Positions 50,942 to 63,531 of a stretch of 64,000 bases of DNA are shown in pieces. This DNA is from Ascidiella aspersa (Eukaryota). A program made the translations under genes and the position numbers. A model generated the notes under the pieces. The model was not told where the DNA came from and did not search any database. It was given only the letters and a program-made list of their open reading frames with translations. Within the stretch, counting starts at the first letter, position 1, and the number at the start of each line of letters is the position of its first letter. The stretch is from contig OZ004608.1 in NCBI GenBank assembly GCA_963924565.1, positions 16,306,001 through 16,370,000 of the forward strand, in the 5' to 3' direction.

Positions 50942-52399
50942 CAGCCTTTCTTAACCTGGGGTAAATTTACCCCTGGGGGTAAATTTCCTCACTTTAGGGG
51001 GTAAATTAGCTATAAATCAAAATATCCACATCAGCTGACGAGACAAAAAATAGTGCCAGCTGTAGGTATTGGTAGCATAGTTTCCTGAACTGCTTTTTTG
51101 AAGCTAGCCTGGCCTAACCTATTGATTTTTTATCGCCTTGTGTCGACAACGTTATGCTTCGCTAATTGATCATTTTTTCAGTTTCTTGACATTATCCTTA
51201 TCTTTCAGTTACTTCATTAATACGTCATTTACTGTTTGAATAAATCAGGTTCTTCGGCAGTCACGGCATAGATTAAGGCAGTGGTCTCCAACCTGTGGGT
51301 CTCGACCCCAAGTGAGGTCGCCTAACATTTTTGTGGGGTCGCCATAACTCACCATATTCGTAATGTTTTAGTACGATTTGTGTATTTAGTTTTCTTTACA
51401 ATGAGGTATAAAAATTGCTGTTTTTAGCTCTTAAAGACCTGCTATATCAGTTAACATACATATGACAAAATTTGTGTTTTTTGATTTAGCGTATCAAATG
51501 TCGCACTTTTTCTAAAACCACACCAAGTTACATGTACAAGTGTTTCAAATGTAAACAGTAGACGGAGATGTTTAAAATCGTCCCTCATTTGTAACATCAT
51601 AACAAATGCTGTTGATTTCTAGTAAAACATCTGCGTTTTCTGAAGTTGCATTCCACTGGCCAAATTGGAAAGCATATTCACTTAGAAACACAAACAGGCG
51701 AAGAGGCTTATCGCTAAAAACATTTTTTACTTGTCATTATGAATACATTCCCCGGCGAAGTAGGTGCCCGTTCTGCTGCATTCTATAGCACTTGTTTTAA
51801 CATTGCCTATAATTGTCACCAAAATGGGGTCGCAATGTAAATTCTAATTACATCTTATTTAAATTGGGGTCGCTTATTTCAAAGATTGGAGACCACTGGA
51901 GAACGTGTCTGCGAGCAGTTTTGAAAGTTCCGATACACTTTTTGACATTTTAGTGCTGGTTATACATGTGATTGCCTAATTTTGTCACTGGGTACGGCTT
52001 AACTGGCCAAGTTAGTTTATTGTTGATCTTTTTAGTCCAATGATTAAGGCTTTAAAGAACTCATTGACTGATTATTATAGTCTGTAAAAGTAACAAAAAA
52101 TGTAATCTTAAAAATGGCGTGTCCCAAAAGAAGAGAAAGTACCAGAAAAATTATTTTAATTTTAGATTTACATATTTTATTGAGAATGGTCTTTAAGTTC
52201 CTCAGTGTGTCTCGAACTGGAATGTTTTGACAACAACTCGTTGCCAAACGCAAGGGAACCCGTCGCATTGATTATACCTGATGTAATTTGTTACTTTCCT
52301 TTTTCTAATAGATGAGAACTATTTTATATAATGGGGGGTAAATCTGATATTTATCTTTGTTAAAGGGGTAAAACATACAAAAAAGGTTAAGAACCCCTG
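50942..52399. mobile_element. hAT/Charlie-like non-autonomous element
   Basis: Termini CAGCCTTTCTTAACCT / AGGTTAAGAACCCCTG; perfect 8-bp TSD TACTAGAC at 50934-41 and 52400-07; GGGGTAAA sub-terminal repeats. Confidence 0.85.
51279..51898. mobile_element. hAT MITE nested in 50942-52399
   Basis: Perfect 13-bp TIR CAGTGGTCTCCAA / TTGGAGACCACTG, GGGGTCGC sub-terminal motifs; TSD not preserved. Confidence 0.72.
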
Positions 52400-55300
52400 T
52401 ACTAGACAGATAGTTTTGGTAAATTTTTTTTATTTAATTCCCTGCATAAAGTTTTGTTTATGCATCTTAGTATATTCAGGTTTATCAACTAATTGTCCAT
52501 TAAAATAAATGCAAGTGGAAGGACAAACTATGGCTATCAGTCAGCCTGTTTTACGGCAAAATTCATAGACAGGATTCCAACCTGTTTCCTAAACCTACAA
52601 CAGATTCTCTGTTGTTATTAACGGGTCGGTACTAATGTTTGACAAAATTCAGATTTACGTATTTTGAATAATCTTGGACGTTAAACACTAATCATGTTTC
52701 CTATAATTTTAAAGTATTTTCGGTTCTATTCTGCGAAATTTTCATTTAGACAAATAATCAGGAAATGTCATGGGGTCAACCTAATTATGAACCAGTTATA
52801 GTTTACTAAAAGAGGTCATTAGAGCGCTTTGAACGGCACGAATGGCCAATTATGCTGATTCAGTGCGAAATACCAGACACACCATGTTTAAACTTAATTA
52901 GCATAAGATCATTGCGTCAGAATCACGAGACATATATTTCGTCATGTTTCTGCATAAAGGCGAATGAAACAGGACAAGGTCGATTGTCTCTCGTGTATAG
53001 GCGATTGTTCGAAATCGTATCGCTTTTTTACACGTCGAAGAAATAACATTTAAAAAAGCTCAACGCAGGCATCAACTTATGTTTTAAACAAATAAGCTGC
53101 AAATCCGGCACACTGATATAAAGTGCACAATTTGCTATATATTTTCAATATTATATTGTTCTTCCATTGTAAGGCATAAACACTGAAGGAAATTGTCTGT
53201 ATTTAGATTTTCGACTTGAAATTTATACTTGTTGGTATTAGGAAAGTTGGAAGATATGATGCGACTAAATGTTCCCCACCAAATAGGGTAGATTCAGGAT
53301 TAACGTAAAGGACATGAACATTTTCAGAGATGACAAATTTACGTCGCAACTTTACGTCATAAAACAAAGTAACCTACCGTGTCCAGACGGACTCATGTGC
53401 AAATATGTATCTAAAAGCGTATACAAACCCTCATAAGACCAAGAATATATTTATATTAGACGAGAATGCGTTAAAGAATTTTTATAATTGCTTTATTTAT
53501 TTTGGAAAACCGAACTTTGCGCAAAATAATGGCATTTAGTTTATGTTTTTCCAAACGAGTTTGGGTGGCTGTTGAGCCCCAAAGAGGACCAAGTCATTGT
53601 CGATGCAATAACACATTCACACTGTAAAGTTATTGGAGATTCGGTCAAAACGGCAACATTTACTGCATAATTCGCTTTATTATATCGTGATCTTAACATT
53701 ATGATATTATAGATAACCCGGCTTTAGATGTTGTTACTTCATAGGTCTTAGTTTCCATCCATATGATGTCATCATGAAGTTGAAAGATCGGACAGGAAAA
53801 GTTGTGGAGGTATAGGAAAAAGTTTTTTAAATCTCAAATGTTTGTTGACTATTGCCGGCAAAATATTTGTGTGCTTTTATTCAAAATCCGAAATGTTTAA
53901 GCGGCACTAGATTAAATCTCTGTTTGTATTCTATACAAATGCCGATAATAAAGAGAACAACCCCAAATAAGAAATAAGCAAACAAACACTTGGTTGTTGA
54001 GTTGACAAAAAGTGGGAAATTCCACGAGTTGATGTTGCAGAAGGAGTCACTCCGAGTCCGAGTTCATTGTTTGTAAGCTATACAGGGCTGATAAGCCGAT
54101 AAGTTTTTCAGTCCTTGGTGTAGGTCAAAACATGTCAATTCGAATATGCTACAATGGCAAACTGGAGGACATCACCAACCAAGCAATTTGTAACGAACCT
54201 TGTTGCGTTCATTTTGATATCCATCTGTTTATGAGAAGATGCGAAACAACAAATGAATCATCGGGAACACACGTTAGGAAATTGTTTAGTGTATATTTCG
54301 AACAAATATTTTAGAAACACATATTTCGAACAAATATCTAGATTCTAGAAACACACACTCACATTTGTAGATAGTGATTTCGCTAACGAGCAATTTATTT
54401 TCGTTTAAAATTGACTTTTTGTTTTTAACTACAGTTTATAATAGCGTAGGGAAGTATAGCTATATAGACCTAAGCTGGTAATACGTTTAGTAATTATGGT
54501 CAAATGTCAAGAGTTTGCCAGGTCATGTTCTTCACGACTCCGTACAATTATTTGATAAAAAACGTTAAAAATCGCGAAACCAAGATATAACTAGAAGATC
54601 TCTTCAGATAATGCGAAATGTTTAGTTTAAATAAAATTGAAAACAAACATTTGTGGAGTCAGACGCCTTAGCCTGATCGAGTTTTACAGGTGCAGCTTTT
54701 CACAATGATTTAAAAAAATTTGAGTTACATTAGTTAGTTCCGACTGTACGTCGTACAGTCGACTAACTAAATGTTTTAGAGGAATTTTGACTTAAACTTG
54801 AAATGTATATACTTTTTGACGTTTTAATCGTTTTTATGTTGAGAAGTTTTGCTTTTAATTCGCTTACACTAGAAAACGCTGCGCTGTATCCCGAACCATG
54901 ATTTGTTACACAGCGAAGACTGCTGATAAATATATACCAGCGGTCCATCGTTCACATTATATCTGTGGCTAAAATTAAGATTCATGACTTTCTCTGTAAT
55001 GAGATATTGTTAATTTTTTAAATAAACAGAACATTCAGCACGCATATATTTTATTGTGGCGTATGGTTGATACCAGGTGCGTCGCGGGCAAAAGGAAAAA
55101 ATAATTTTAATATATAAACATATATTTTTTTACTTTAATTTTCGTCTTAGCAATTTAGGAGAAATAAACCTACTGGCCAAAAAAGCAAAAAATGTTAAGC
55201 ACTGCTCTAGTGTAATATAGGCCAAAATACATGTTTGCTGCTCGTTTTTAACAAGTCGAATATAACGACCAGTAGTTATAGCCAGATCCAGTTATTGCCC

Positions 55301-55829
55301 CTTATTTGTTGATGATACTTCGTGAAGTGATTTGAAATAAACTACCTATATGCAGTTCAGTTAAGTATTTAAAATACTAAAACTCTTTTTGTGTGGCTAA
55401 TGTGTTATAAGAACCACTGCTTCTCCTTGAATTTAATGTTTTGACGACAGCGATTGCAGATATGAGCTGACTGATAGAAGTTATTTTTGTTCGTATCGAG
55501 TTTGAAATGTCGTATTATTTGTAACCAGTAAGTTATATGAATTATATTCTCGCTGACCAATTGTCTTCCTAGAAACCAAAAAACTATCACCTACATGTAA
55601 AAAAACATTGGATTTCATAAAATAAAATTTACGTAGTGAATGTAGCCTAAAACGGAAGAACTCCACCGACCACGGTTCAACAAACGTTTAAACATTGACC
55701 TCATAAACCAATATAGTTTCTCTGGGATTGCTTTAACCAGCCTTGAATTGAGATACAAGTAAGCGAACAAATATATAAAAAGTCCACCATTGTTTGCTAA
55801 ATAAAAGCCGAAGAAGTTATTTACCGAGC

Positions 55830-55990
55830 TTCGTTGAACTACGGTAACCGTGCGGTTCATCGTAAGTTCACGTGCGCGCGCAGCTCGTACCTAAGGTAGG
55901 TTCGGGTCAATCGAAGGTCACCGGCAGTAATTGGACACGGAGCCGGGATTAAGCCTGACATTTTCAAAGGACTGGCCGGTCAAAAGTTCA
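55830..55990. promoter_or_regulatory. Compound RARE module B (two perfect DR5 plus DR2)
   Basis: GGTTCA-tcgta-AGTTCA 55854-70 overlapping CACGTG; GGGTCA-atcga-AGGTCA 55904-20; CAGTAATTGGAC 55925-36; CGGTCA-aa-AGTTCA 55977-90. Confidence 0.82.
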
Positions 55991-57736
55991 ACGAAAAACA
56001 ACCTCCTTCGCCACGGAACCTTACATGAAAGACAATGATAAGTGGCCTTAATCAGAAGTAGGTGCGTTCTGTAAATCACTACAAACAAAAAAACGCTTAG
56101 CTCACGTAGTTTTGGGTGCAACAGTAAATTTGGCAGCTTGCGTAAGTAAAATGCTGACGGGAAGAGGGCGGGTTTAGAAGAAGCCATGGTATCCAATCAA
56201 CACCACAAAATATGGTTATAATCAACGACACAAATTACACAATTTTATATGACCTGATATTGTCATTTATTGTGGATAACTTTTTGGAGCTGATTCCAAA
56301 AATGTAAGCACGTTTTTTCTATCGTCGATCGTTTGCTGGCAGTAAGTAGATTTGGCCTAAACGGGTTATGCGTTTAGCTAACCAGCTAATAATGCACATA
56401 CACAACATGTAGAACATTAAAATTTATTAATCTTCCAAGATTATTTATATGTATAGGGCGATTATTTTTTTACTTTAGAAATAGGAAATTTTGACCTATT
56501 GGAATACATTGATTTAATCAAAGCGTTGTTGTATGAATTAGCCTACTGCAATGATGTCTTGGCGTCGTCAGTCACTTGTTTATAAATACTGACGAGTGAC
56601 GACCGGTGGAACACAAATCAATTATTGTCGGGTTTATGCAAAACTCTTTTGAAATGCCAAGTTAGTATTTTTGGTACATTAAAAAGACAAACAACTTTTA
56701 AAATGCCACAAGAAGGGCAAGACGCTGGTAATTTAGGACATTGCTGAGTAAACATTTTGATTGAATTGCAAGTAAATAGATGGCAAAATGAAATATATGT
56801 CGGTTCTGCAGTGATATTTCATAAATTACACAGTGCTTTTTTGGTTTACTACACTATAAATGCCATTATATCATTCTTTATTCTAGTTTCTTTATGTGCA
56901 TTATGTATGCCTAACTTTTTTGACCACCCCTGCTTATTACACAGCCTACTGCGATGTCAGAAAAAAAAAGCTTGCTCTTTTTACCAAGAAAATAGGACGT
57001 TTCGGATTAAATGGGAAGAGCAGCATTTTTAAAATGAAATGGACAAAACTATGCTCTATTTGCTTTAGATTTTACACTTGTTAAATTGCATGATCTATCT
57101 ACGCCCTACGGGTCGGGCTCCCTTTTAAAATCGACCGTTTAAATTTGGCTAGGATGCTAACAAAGGTTAAGAACCACTGGTCCATGCCCTTGTAGTTCTT
57201 CTTAACCACAACGGACAGCAATAGTTTAAATTGAAACAAAAATCCGCACTCGATATACATATAAACAAACCTTCCCCTTTTGCAAGAAACTGTTTCTGCC
57301 AACAGCGATTTATTTTCATGGTAAACAAACAAAACGCAAAAGAATGTGTCAGCGATATGGCAGTTCAAAGGTTATACAGCACATAGAACGCCTGGATATT
57401 TTAAATAGATTTTGGATTTAGAATATCGAATTTTCTTATGTGTAGTATTTATGCTAAATATCGAAAAATACTTGGCGTATCATATGGCCAAAACAAATAG
57501 GTAATAACTACAAAGCATAATTGTTCGTTTTTAGAAACAGATAACGTCGAGTTGGACAAAACAAAAACTTTTGTATGATGTTTGTTTATTTTCGTTTTGT
57601 TGGTATTCTTGATCGAAACTGCTGAGAGAAAGCGCACACTTTCAAATTTCAATTTTCGCGGTCACAGTAGGGGCATTATTTTTAAACCTCATTTAAGTCA
57701 TCTTCAGAAGATGTTTTACCAAATGTTCGTCGTATC

Positions 57737-60700
57737 CTATTTCGGCTTTTTTGAGACAGAGCCGGTCTTCGCGTCGCCGGGCGAAAACTTGGTGAACAGC
57801 AGCGACGGAATGCGAACCTTTGTCTGGTCAGAGTTGGAGAGGGTGCGGGAAACGGGGGTGAGGGGTCTAGCCCCAGTTTCGGTCCCGGCGGAGGCGCTCC
57901 TGTTCTGCCCGGCGATTCTCAGCAGTTTGCCGCCGGCAGCGACGGCCGCCTCTCCCCTTCTTGCAAGGAGAGCAGCGTTACTAAGATTGGCCTTCCTGGA
58001 ATTGTTATCTCCCGAGGAGGAGTTGTTGGTAGGGAGGAAGACGACACTCGCCTCACTTTGCGGTTTTCCTCCAGTCGCCGGCCGCGAAATGGTCACCGTG
58101 TGCTTTCTGTTGGTGGACAGGTTTGCTGAACTTCCTATGTTGTCAAGCTTGATAACCGCACGGGACGAGGGTCCGGGCAATATGCTTGTTGCTGTGCCGA
58201 TTGAACCACCACCGGAAGGAGATGGGGTAACCTGAAACGATAGATATCTTTAACAACAGCATTTAACAATATTCACCGCTATTTTTTTAATGATCTTCTA
58301 GTTTTTTAAATTTTTTACTCTTTTATTTGTTGTTTTGTAATTTGCTTTCCTAAAACCACAAACAATGCAACTTGATTTTCGGTATACGGTTTATACGTCA
58401 TTTTTTTAAATCTTTTAACATTTTAGCACACTCTACTGAACAAAGGGTAGCAACAAAAATTGACAATGTGGTACAACTGAATTAAAACAAAATGTGTTAC
58501 AACTAAATTACAATAAAATGTGTTACAACTAAATTACAATAAAATGTGTTACAACTAAATTAAAACAAAATGTGGTACAACTAAATTAAAACAAAATGGG
58601 GTACAACTAAACAAAATGTGGTACAACTAAATTAAAACAAAATGTGGTACAACTAAATAAAACAAAATGGGGTACAACAGAATTAAACAAGCTAAATCAA
58701 AATTCATTCACTTTCGTGTTTAGTCGCTTTCCGTCGGATTGAAAAGCGGATCCCAAAACCAGGTCAACGAGGGGAGTGGGTGTGGAGGACGAACTGGCAA
58801 CTTTGGTGCCAGGGCCAAGGCTAGAACCGATCTTATTCGAGGTGACGAACCTCACGGAAGCGCTCGGTTGGTTCGTCATATTTTTCCTGCCGCCAGGCGC
58901 CAGGACAAGCGGAATGGTGCGCGGTTTGCTGCCCGAGGATAATTGTTGCGAACTGAAAGCGGTGGGTCGGTTGGTGTAGGAGATTGGCAGGGAGCCCTTC
59001 TTGGAGGGCACAGCGGTTCCGGACGACAGGATCCCGGTAAGTCCGGATGACGTCAAGATGTACCTTGTAAATAAAAACGAAAAATGTACACTATGCAGTA
59101 TGTCTTAAAAAATGCCCGAATAAGGTGCACGTGTTAACTTTACTTTTCCCTTAATTATGGCAGCATGCTTGCCATTTATGTAGTTTAGTTGGGGCTGTAC
59201 TTATGTTACCCGGTGTTAGCCTTTATATTGCCTATTTATTTTTAGGTTACCTATGCTTATAATTAACAACATGTTATTGATTCATTCGAATTAAGGATGC
59301 TTTCATGTTAATAATAATTTACCCTAAGTAGTATAATATTTAACTCTGTGCACTTGTATGTCACAAGCTGAGTCATCACATCACTGGTGGCTTCATGAAG
59401 ATAAGTTTACAGCACGGACGAAAAAAAAGCCAACAAAAAGTATACTCAATATGGTATTGCTCAGCGAAAATAATTTGATCAAATAGAGGCAGCACAAGCG
59501 AAAACAGAAGCCTATGGAATTCTAACATACCCCAAATCCCTAAGATAGAAAATCTAAAAAGAAGTGATCCAGAAAAATAACAAACCCATCAAGATCAAAA
59601 CTCACGGGTCGGTGCATATTGATTGCGACACGGTGTGCGGCACGCACGACAACATAGTATGAGCAAAATTGTTCATTGTGCAATGAACTTTTCACAATGT
59701 CACAAATGCATATGCTCCACATTATCATTGAACGGGCGACGACCGAAAAGGAATTCCAACCGGCGTTGATGTACAATTTAACACCTCACCTCACAACCGA
59801 TGGTTTCGTTTTGACACCAGACGTCGATCCTGTAGCCGCGTTCTGATTGGTCGCCGCCAACGTCGCGGTTCGTTTCTGCTTGTAAACTCTCGAGCGCCCC
59901 TTTGCGGCGTTCGAGGCGACGCCTCTTGAGCCGATTGTGTCCAAGCTGTGGCGACGTGCGTTGGCGGCCAGACCTGAAAAGCGATACATCCAGATTTTCA
60001 GTTACGGGCAAAATGCCGTGTAAAGCTCACAAAGTGATAAACATGCAGGGATTAACAACCAGTCAAAGACGAAGAGGCTCGTTTACCCTCGATCTTACTG
60101 TGTTAAACGCAAAGAGCCAAATTATACATACTAGTATAAACCTGTGTTTCTCGACCACCTCTGCCTAGAAAAGGTTCAGTGAAAATTTGGTTGCCAAAAT
60201 ATTTGCTGCTATAGAAAGATAAATAAGATTAGTCGGCCGACAAATAGTTATGTAAAACAAAGTAATGTAAAAAAGAAAAAAAAGCAATGTTTACGACCTT
60301 GGCAATAGCAGGGCCGCCAGTCTAACAACGAAAATACAATGGCAGGTTAGCTTCGCTTGCCAGAAAAAAAGTGACTGTTAACTACTTTTTGACATGAAAT
60401 TTTCGTTGGCTAACGTGACTTTAGAAGTGAATGAATAATAGCATTCTACGCGGGTTCGTTTTTATGCAAGACACATCATTCCAACCGAAATCAGTTAGAA
60501 AAGTGTCTACAAAGCATAGAAAAGGCATGTTAAACGCAAAGAGTCAAATTATACATAATAGTATAAACTTTTTTGATCGCCGCTCTAACAACGAAAATAC
60601 GATGGCTTGGTAGTTTCGCTTACCAGAATAAAAAGTGACTGTTAACTACTTTTCTGGTATAACAGTGTCGTTGGCTAATGTGACTTTAGAAGTGACTAAT

Positions 60701-63531
60701 TAATACCATTCTACGCTGTTTCTTTTTTATGCCAGACACATCATTCTAACCGAAATCAGTTGGAAAAGTGTGCGAAGCATAGAAAAGGCACGTCGGCACT
60801 TACGAGATATGAAAAATCACACAGAATATCATGGTGTCAGAATACTAAAAAAGAAAAATCCACTGACAATATAAAACGAGGCTTCACCTTGCAGCTTTTT
60901 GCCGGCGGCGGAAGTGTTGAACTCGGGTGACGGCGACCTGCCGTCGTTGCCGGAGTCCAGCGAACTGGTCAGCTGTTCCAAAATGGCGGTGGCCTGCTGT
61001 GTTTCGCGGTCCTCCCGTCTGCTCCTGGAGGCGAGGAAGGAACGCGATTGGTCGACGCTGAAAGAGTGGGAGCGCGCGAAACCAGAGGTGGGGAGCGGAT
61101 GGCTGGCGGGAGCAGGTGTCGTTTTGTGTGAAGCAAGCAGTTTGGTCACTGTTGACGATGATTGGCAGGTTAAGGTTGATTTGGGGTATATGCAGGTTTT
61201 TTTTAAGGTTTGGTTTGGGTGACCGCTAAGTAGTAAGTTTGTGGAAGAGTTTTACAAAAAACAACGACACCCATACGCCGAGCTAGCTGCAAAACATTGG
61301 TAAAGCATTTTGATGCAGCGATGTCAGTTAGTTAAGTTTTTGAGGTTACAAACCACAGGCAAAAGATAATATTTCATCAAACATTTACGATTCGAAGCAA
61401 AATAGGACACCTCATTAAACCAAAATACAACAATAAATACTACTGAAAATAAATAGCTGTTCGCATTTGCTTCGTCGCATAAACTTGTTTTATATAATAT
61501 TTAAAAAGCTACAATAATTATATGTAGTAATGGATTAGAAAACTGCACCATACACCAAACGCTTATAAATAGTAGTTCTACTGCGGATTTTACTATCAGA
61601 TGAGATACTTGGGGAGTAAATATAAAGTAATAAGTTAACATTCTGACAAACCAGCTGGCGAATACATCGATGGTGTAGAAATGCTGAATGCGGACGAAGA
61701 TGTGTTGATATCACCTGTGGTCAACACGAAAGTGGTAATAATGGAAAGCGTTTGTTAAGCCACGAAATATCACTAACATAAAGTTATTACTTTTTTATAG
61801 CAGCCTAAGTAAATTGTAGATCAAACGCAATAAATTCTAATATAACTGAGTTCATCGAAGGGCAAGTTATATAATTTCTCTGGTAGTTTAATTACTATAA
61901 AATACTAACATTGGTATAATTTTTTGGCGAAAATTGCTATCGATTAACAACGCCATTAGTATAACCTGGACGTTGGCGTTAAACTTGACAAAGTCGGAAG
62001 TCCACTAATATAAATAGCCCCCGAGAGATGTGTTTTGATGTTAACTACTCCCTTAATGTAAGTAGGCTACAGCATTTCTTCAAAAAGAATAAACAACGTT
62101 GTAAGACCATAAAAGCCTTTTACCCAAGTTTACTGTTAAGGAAGATTCCATATTAACTTTCGGTGGTAAGCTCGTGGAAACGCTTGCGGTCACTTCCGGT
62201 TCGGTTGTCGGTTTCGGAAATCTGCACAAACCACAAATGTCATTTTAAGCTTGCCAAGCCAGGGAAATCAGTTAGGAGAATGTAACAAATAACGCCGATA
62301 CCCGTGCCGCTTTGAAAAATCAGTTCACTTTGCTCGGGGCTACAAAACCTTAATGCAATTCTATTCTTGCGACAAGTTAAAATTGAAAATATAAATAAGT
62401 AACTATTTTTTAGTTTTCCTTAACTATCTCAATTTTTTTCCGCTGTTTTTACGCCAAAAACACTACCTAACTCTAAATCGGGGTGGTCTAAGCTAAAAAA
62501 AGCTTTTCAGAGAAAATCACAATTATCTCCATTTTTCGAGTTATGTGTAAATCTTTTTTGTATGCCCAATACGCCACGCCGGATATTAAAACTTCTGCAA
62601 AGAATAGTGTGACCCCAGAAGATTTTCAGCCATGACGTTATAGCTATGAAAACAAAGAAATCACTATTCAATTAGCAAACGGGCTGTTTTTTCTTTCATA
62701 GTGTACCTGTTTAATGTATTTGTAATAAATTTTGTCTTTTTATTTTAGAAGAGTGATGATAATGTATAGATTGTTAAGTGCATATTTTTGAGATCCAGTG
62801 ACCTAAATCGCATGTTAAATAATATGTTACAGATAATATTAAAACAAAGGCGATACCCGATTAATAATATCACGACTCGTAATTTAGTAGTATCGGTGCT
62901 GATCCAATATCAAATATATTTAGGCAGTTAAGCCTTTTACAATCTAACGTGGAGTTACATTAATAAGATAAATTTCATCCACGTTAAATTATAAATTTCT
63001 CAGAAAATATTACAGTAAGATCAATGGTAAAAGGGAAAAAAAAACATTCGGCCTCGTAAGCTGAAAAGCATTACCACTGCAGTTCAATACGATCGATTTT
63101 GCCAACTAGAAGATAGCAATGACGTGTCGTAATTTAGTATTGGACGGCCGCTCGTTTTGCCAAAACAACGCTTATCGGTATCGAATTCAAACAACAAGAC
63201 GTCTCTCCTAAAGTCACGCCGCTTACCGGTACAGCATGCAGATTTTTACGCACCTGAGGTTGGAAGAAGGCGACATAACGGCAGTAGCCGGGAGCTGCTG
63301 GGCGCCCACATCCTCCGCCTTGTCGCTGTCACTTCCCAAGATGGCTGCGATCGCGTCTTCCGTCTGCTTCTCGGTGGGCTGAAGCAACTGCGACTTGCGT
63401 TTGGAGAGGGCCGACGACAGCTGGGCGTTGGGGTCCTGTGTGTGGAAGAGAATTCGTGCGTCGGAATGCGCTTCGTGTAAGCATGATGTCGTGCCCAGGC
63501 GCTCATACGATAGTGAGTTTTTTGGCACGAC
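57737..63531 (-). CDS. 3' exons of an unidentified, largely low-complexity Ser/Thr/Ala/Lys-rich protein (probably nuclear); gene continues beyond the window
   Basis: Phase-consistent exons 63531-63254 (or 63227), 62221-62124, 61714-61652, 61148-60888, 59973-59790, 59063-58712, 58231-57737 (stop TAG after ...SVSKKPK). GC-rich exons in AT-rich introns; no domain recognised. Confidence 0.75.
58464..58688. repeat. Intronic minisatellite, about 26 bp x 9
   Basis: Unit aaaatgtggtacaactaaattaaaac with small variants, head-to-tail without spacers. Confidence 0.9.
60101..60790. repeat. Intronic tandem duplication (A-x-B, A'-B')
   Basis: A 60101-141 matches 60528-568 (tgttaaacgcaaagag.caaattatacata.tagtataaac); B 60313-527 matches 60578-790 (tctaacaacgaaaatac...aagcatagaaaaggca). 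Confidence 0.8.
62354..62392. repeat. Dispersed intronic repeat, second copy at 63942-63980
   Basis: tgca(a/g)ttctattcttg(c/t)ga(c/t)aagttaaaattgaaaatat in two introns of the same gene. Confidence 0.6.

Noticed and set aside
19700-56000. Frequent GGATTA (Otx) and CTTTGA (Tcf) hexamers
   Set aside because: Biologically plausible for CYP26 but too short to separate from chance without a background count.
27000-57300. Numerous 60-143 aa ORFs in the upstream desert
   Set aside because: Arg/Cys/Ser-rich, overlapping on both strands, with no domains and no phase-consistent exon chain found. Non-coding transcripts cannot be excluded.
57582-58235. 217-aa + strand ORF (also 25638-26096, 60899-61222, 63157-63480)
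   Set aside because: Antisense shadows of GC-rich minus-strand exons that have proper splice sites.
58464-58688. 26-bp repeats as a CRISPR array
   Set aside because: Head-to-tail units without unique spacers, inside a eukaryotic intron; this is a minisatellite.
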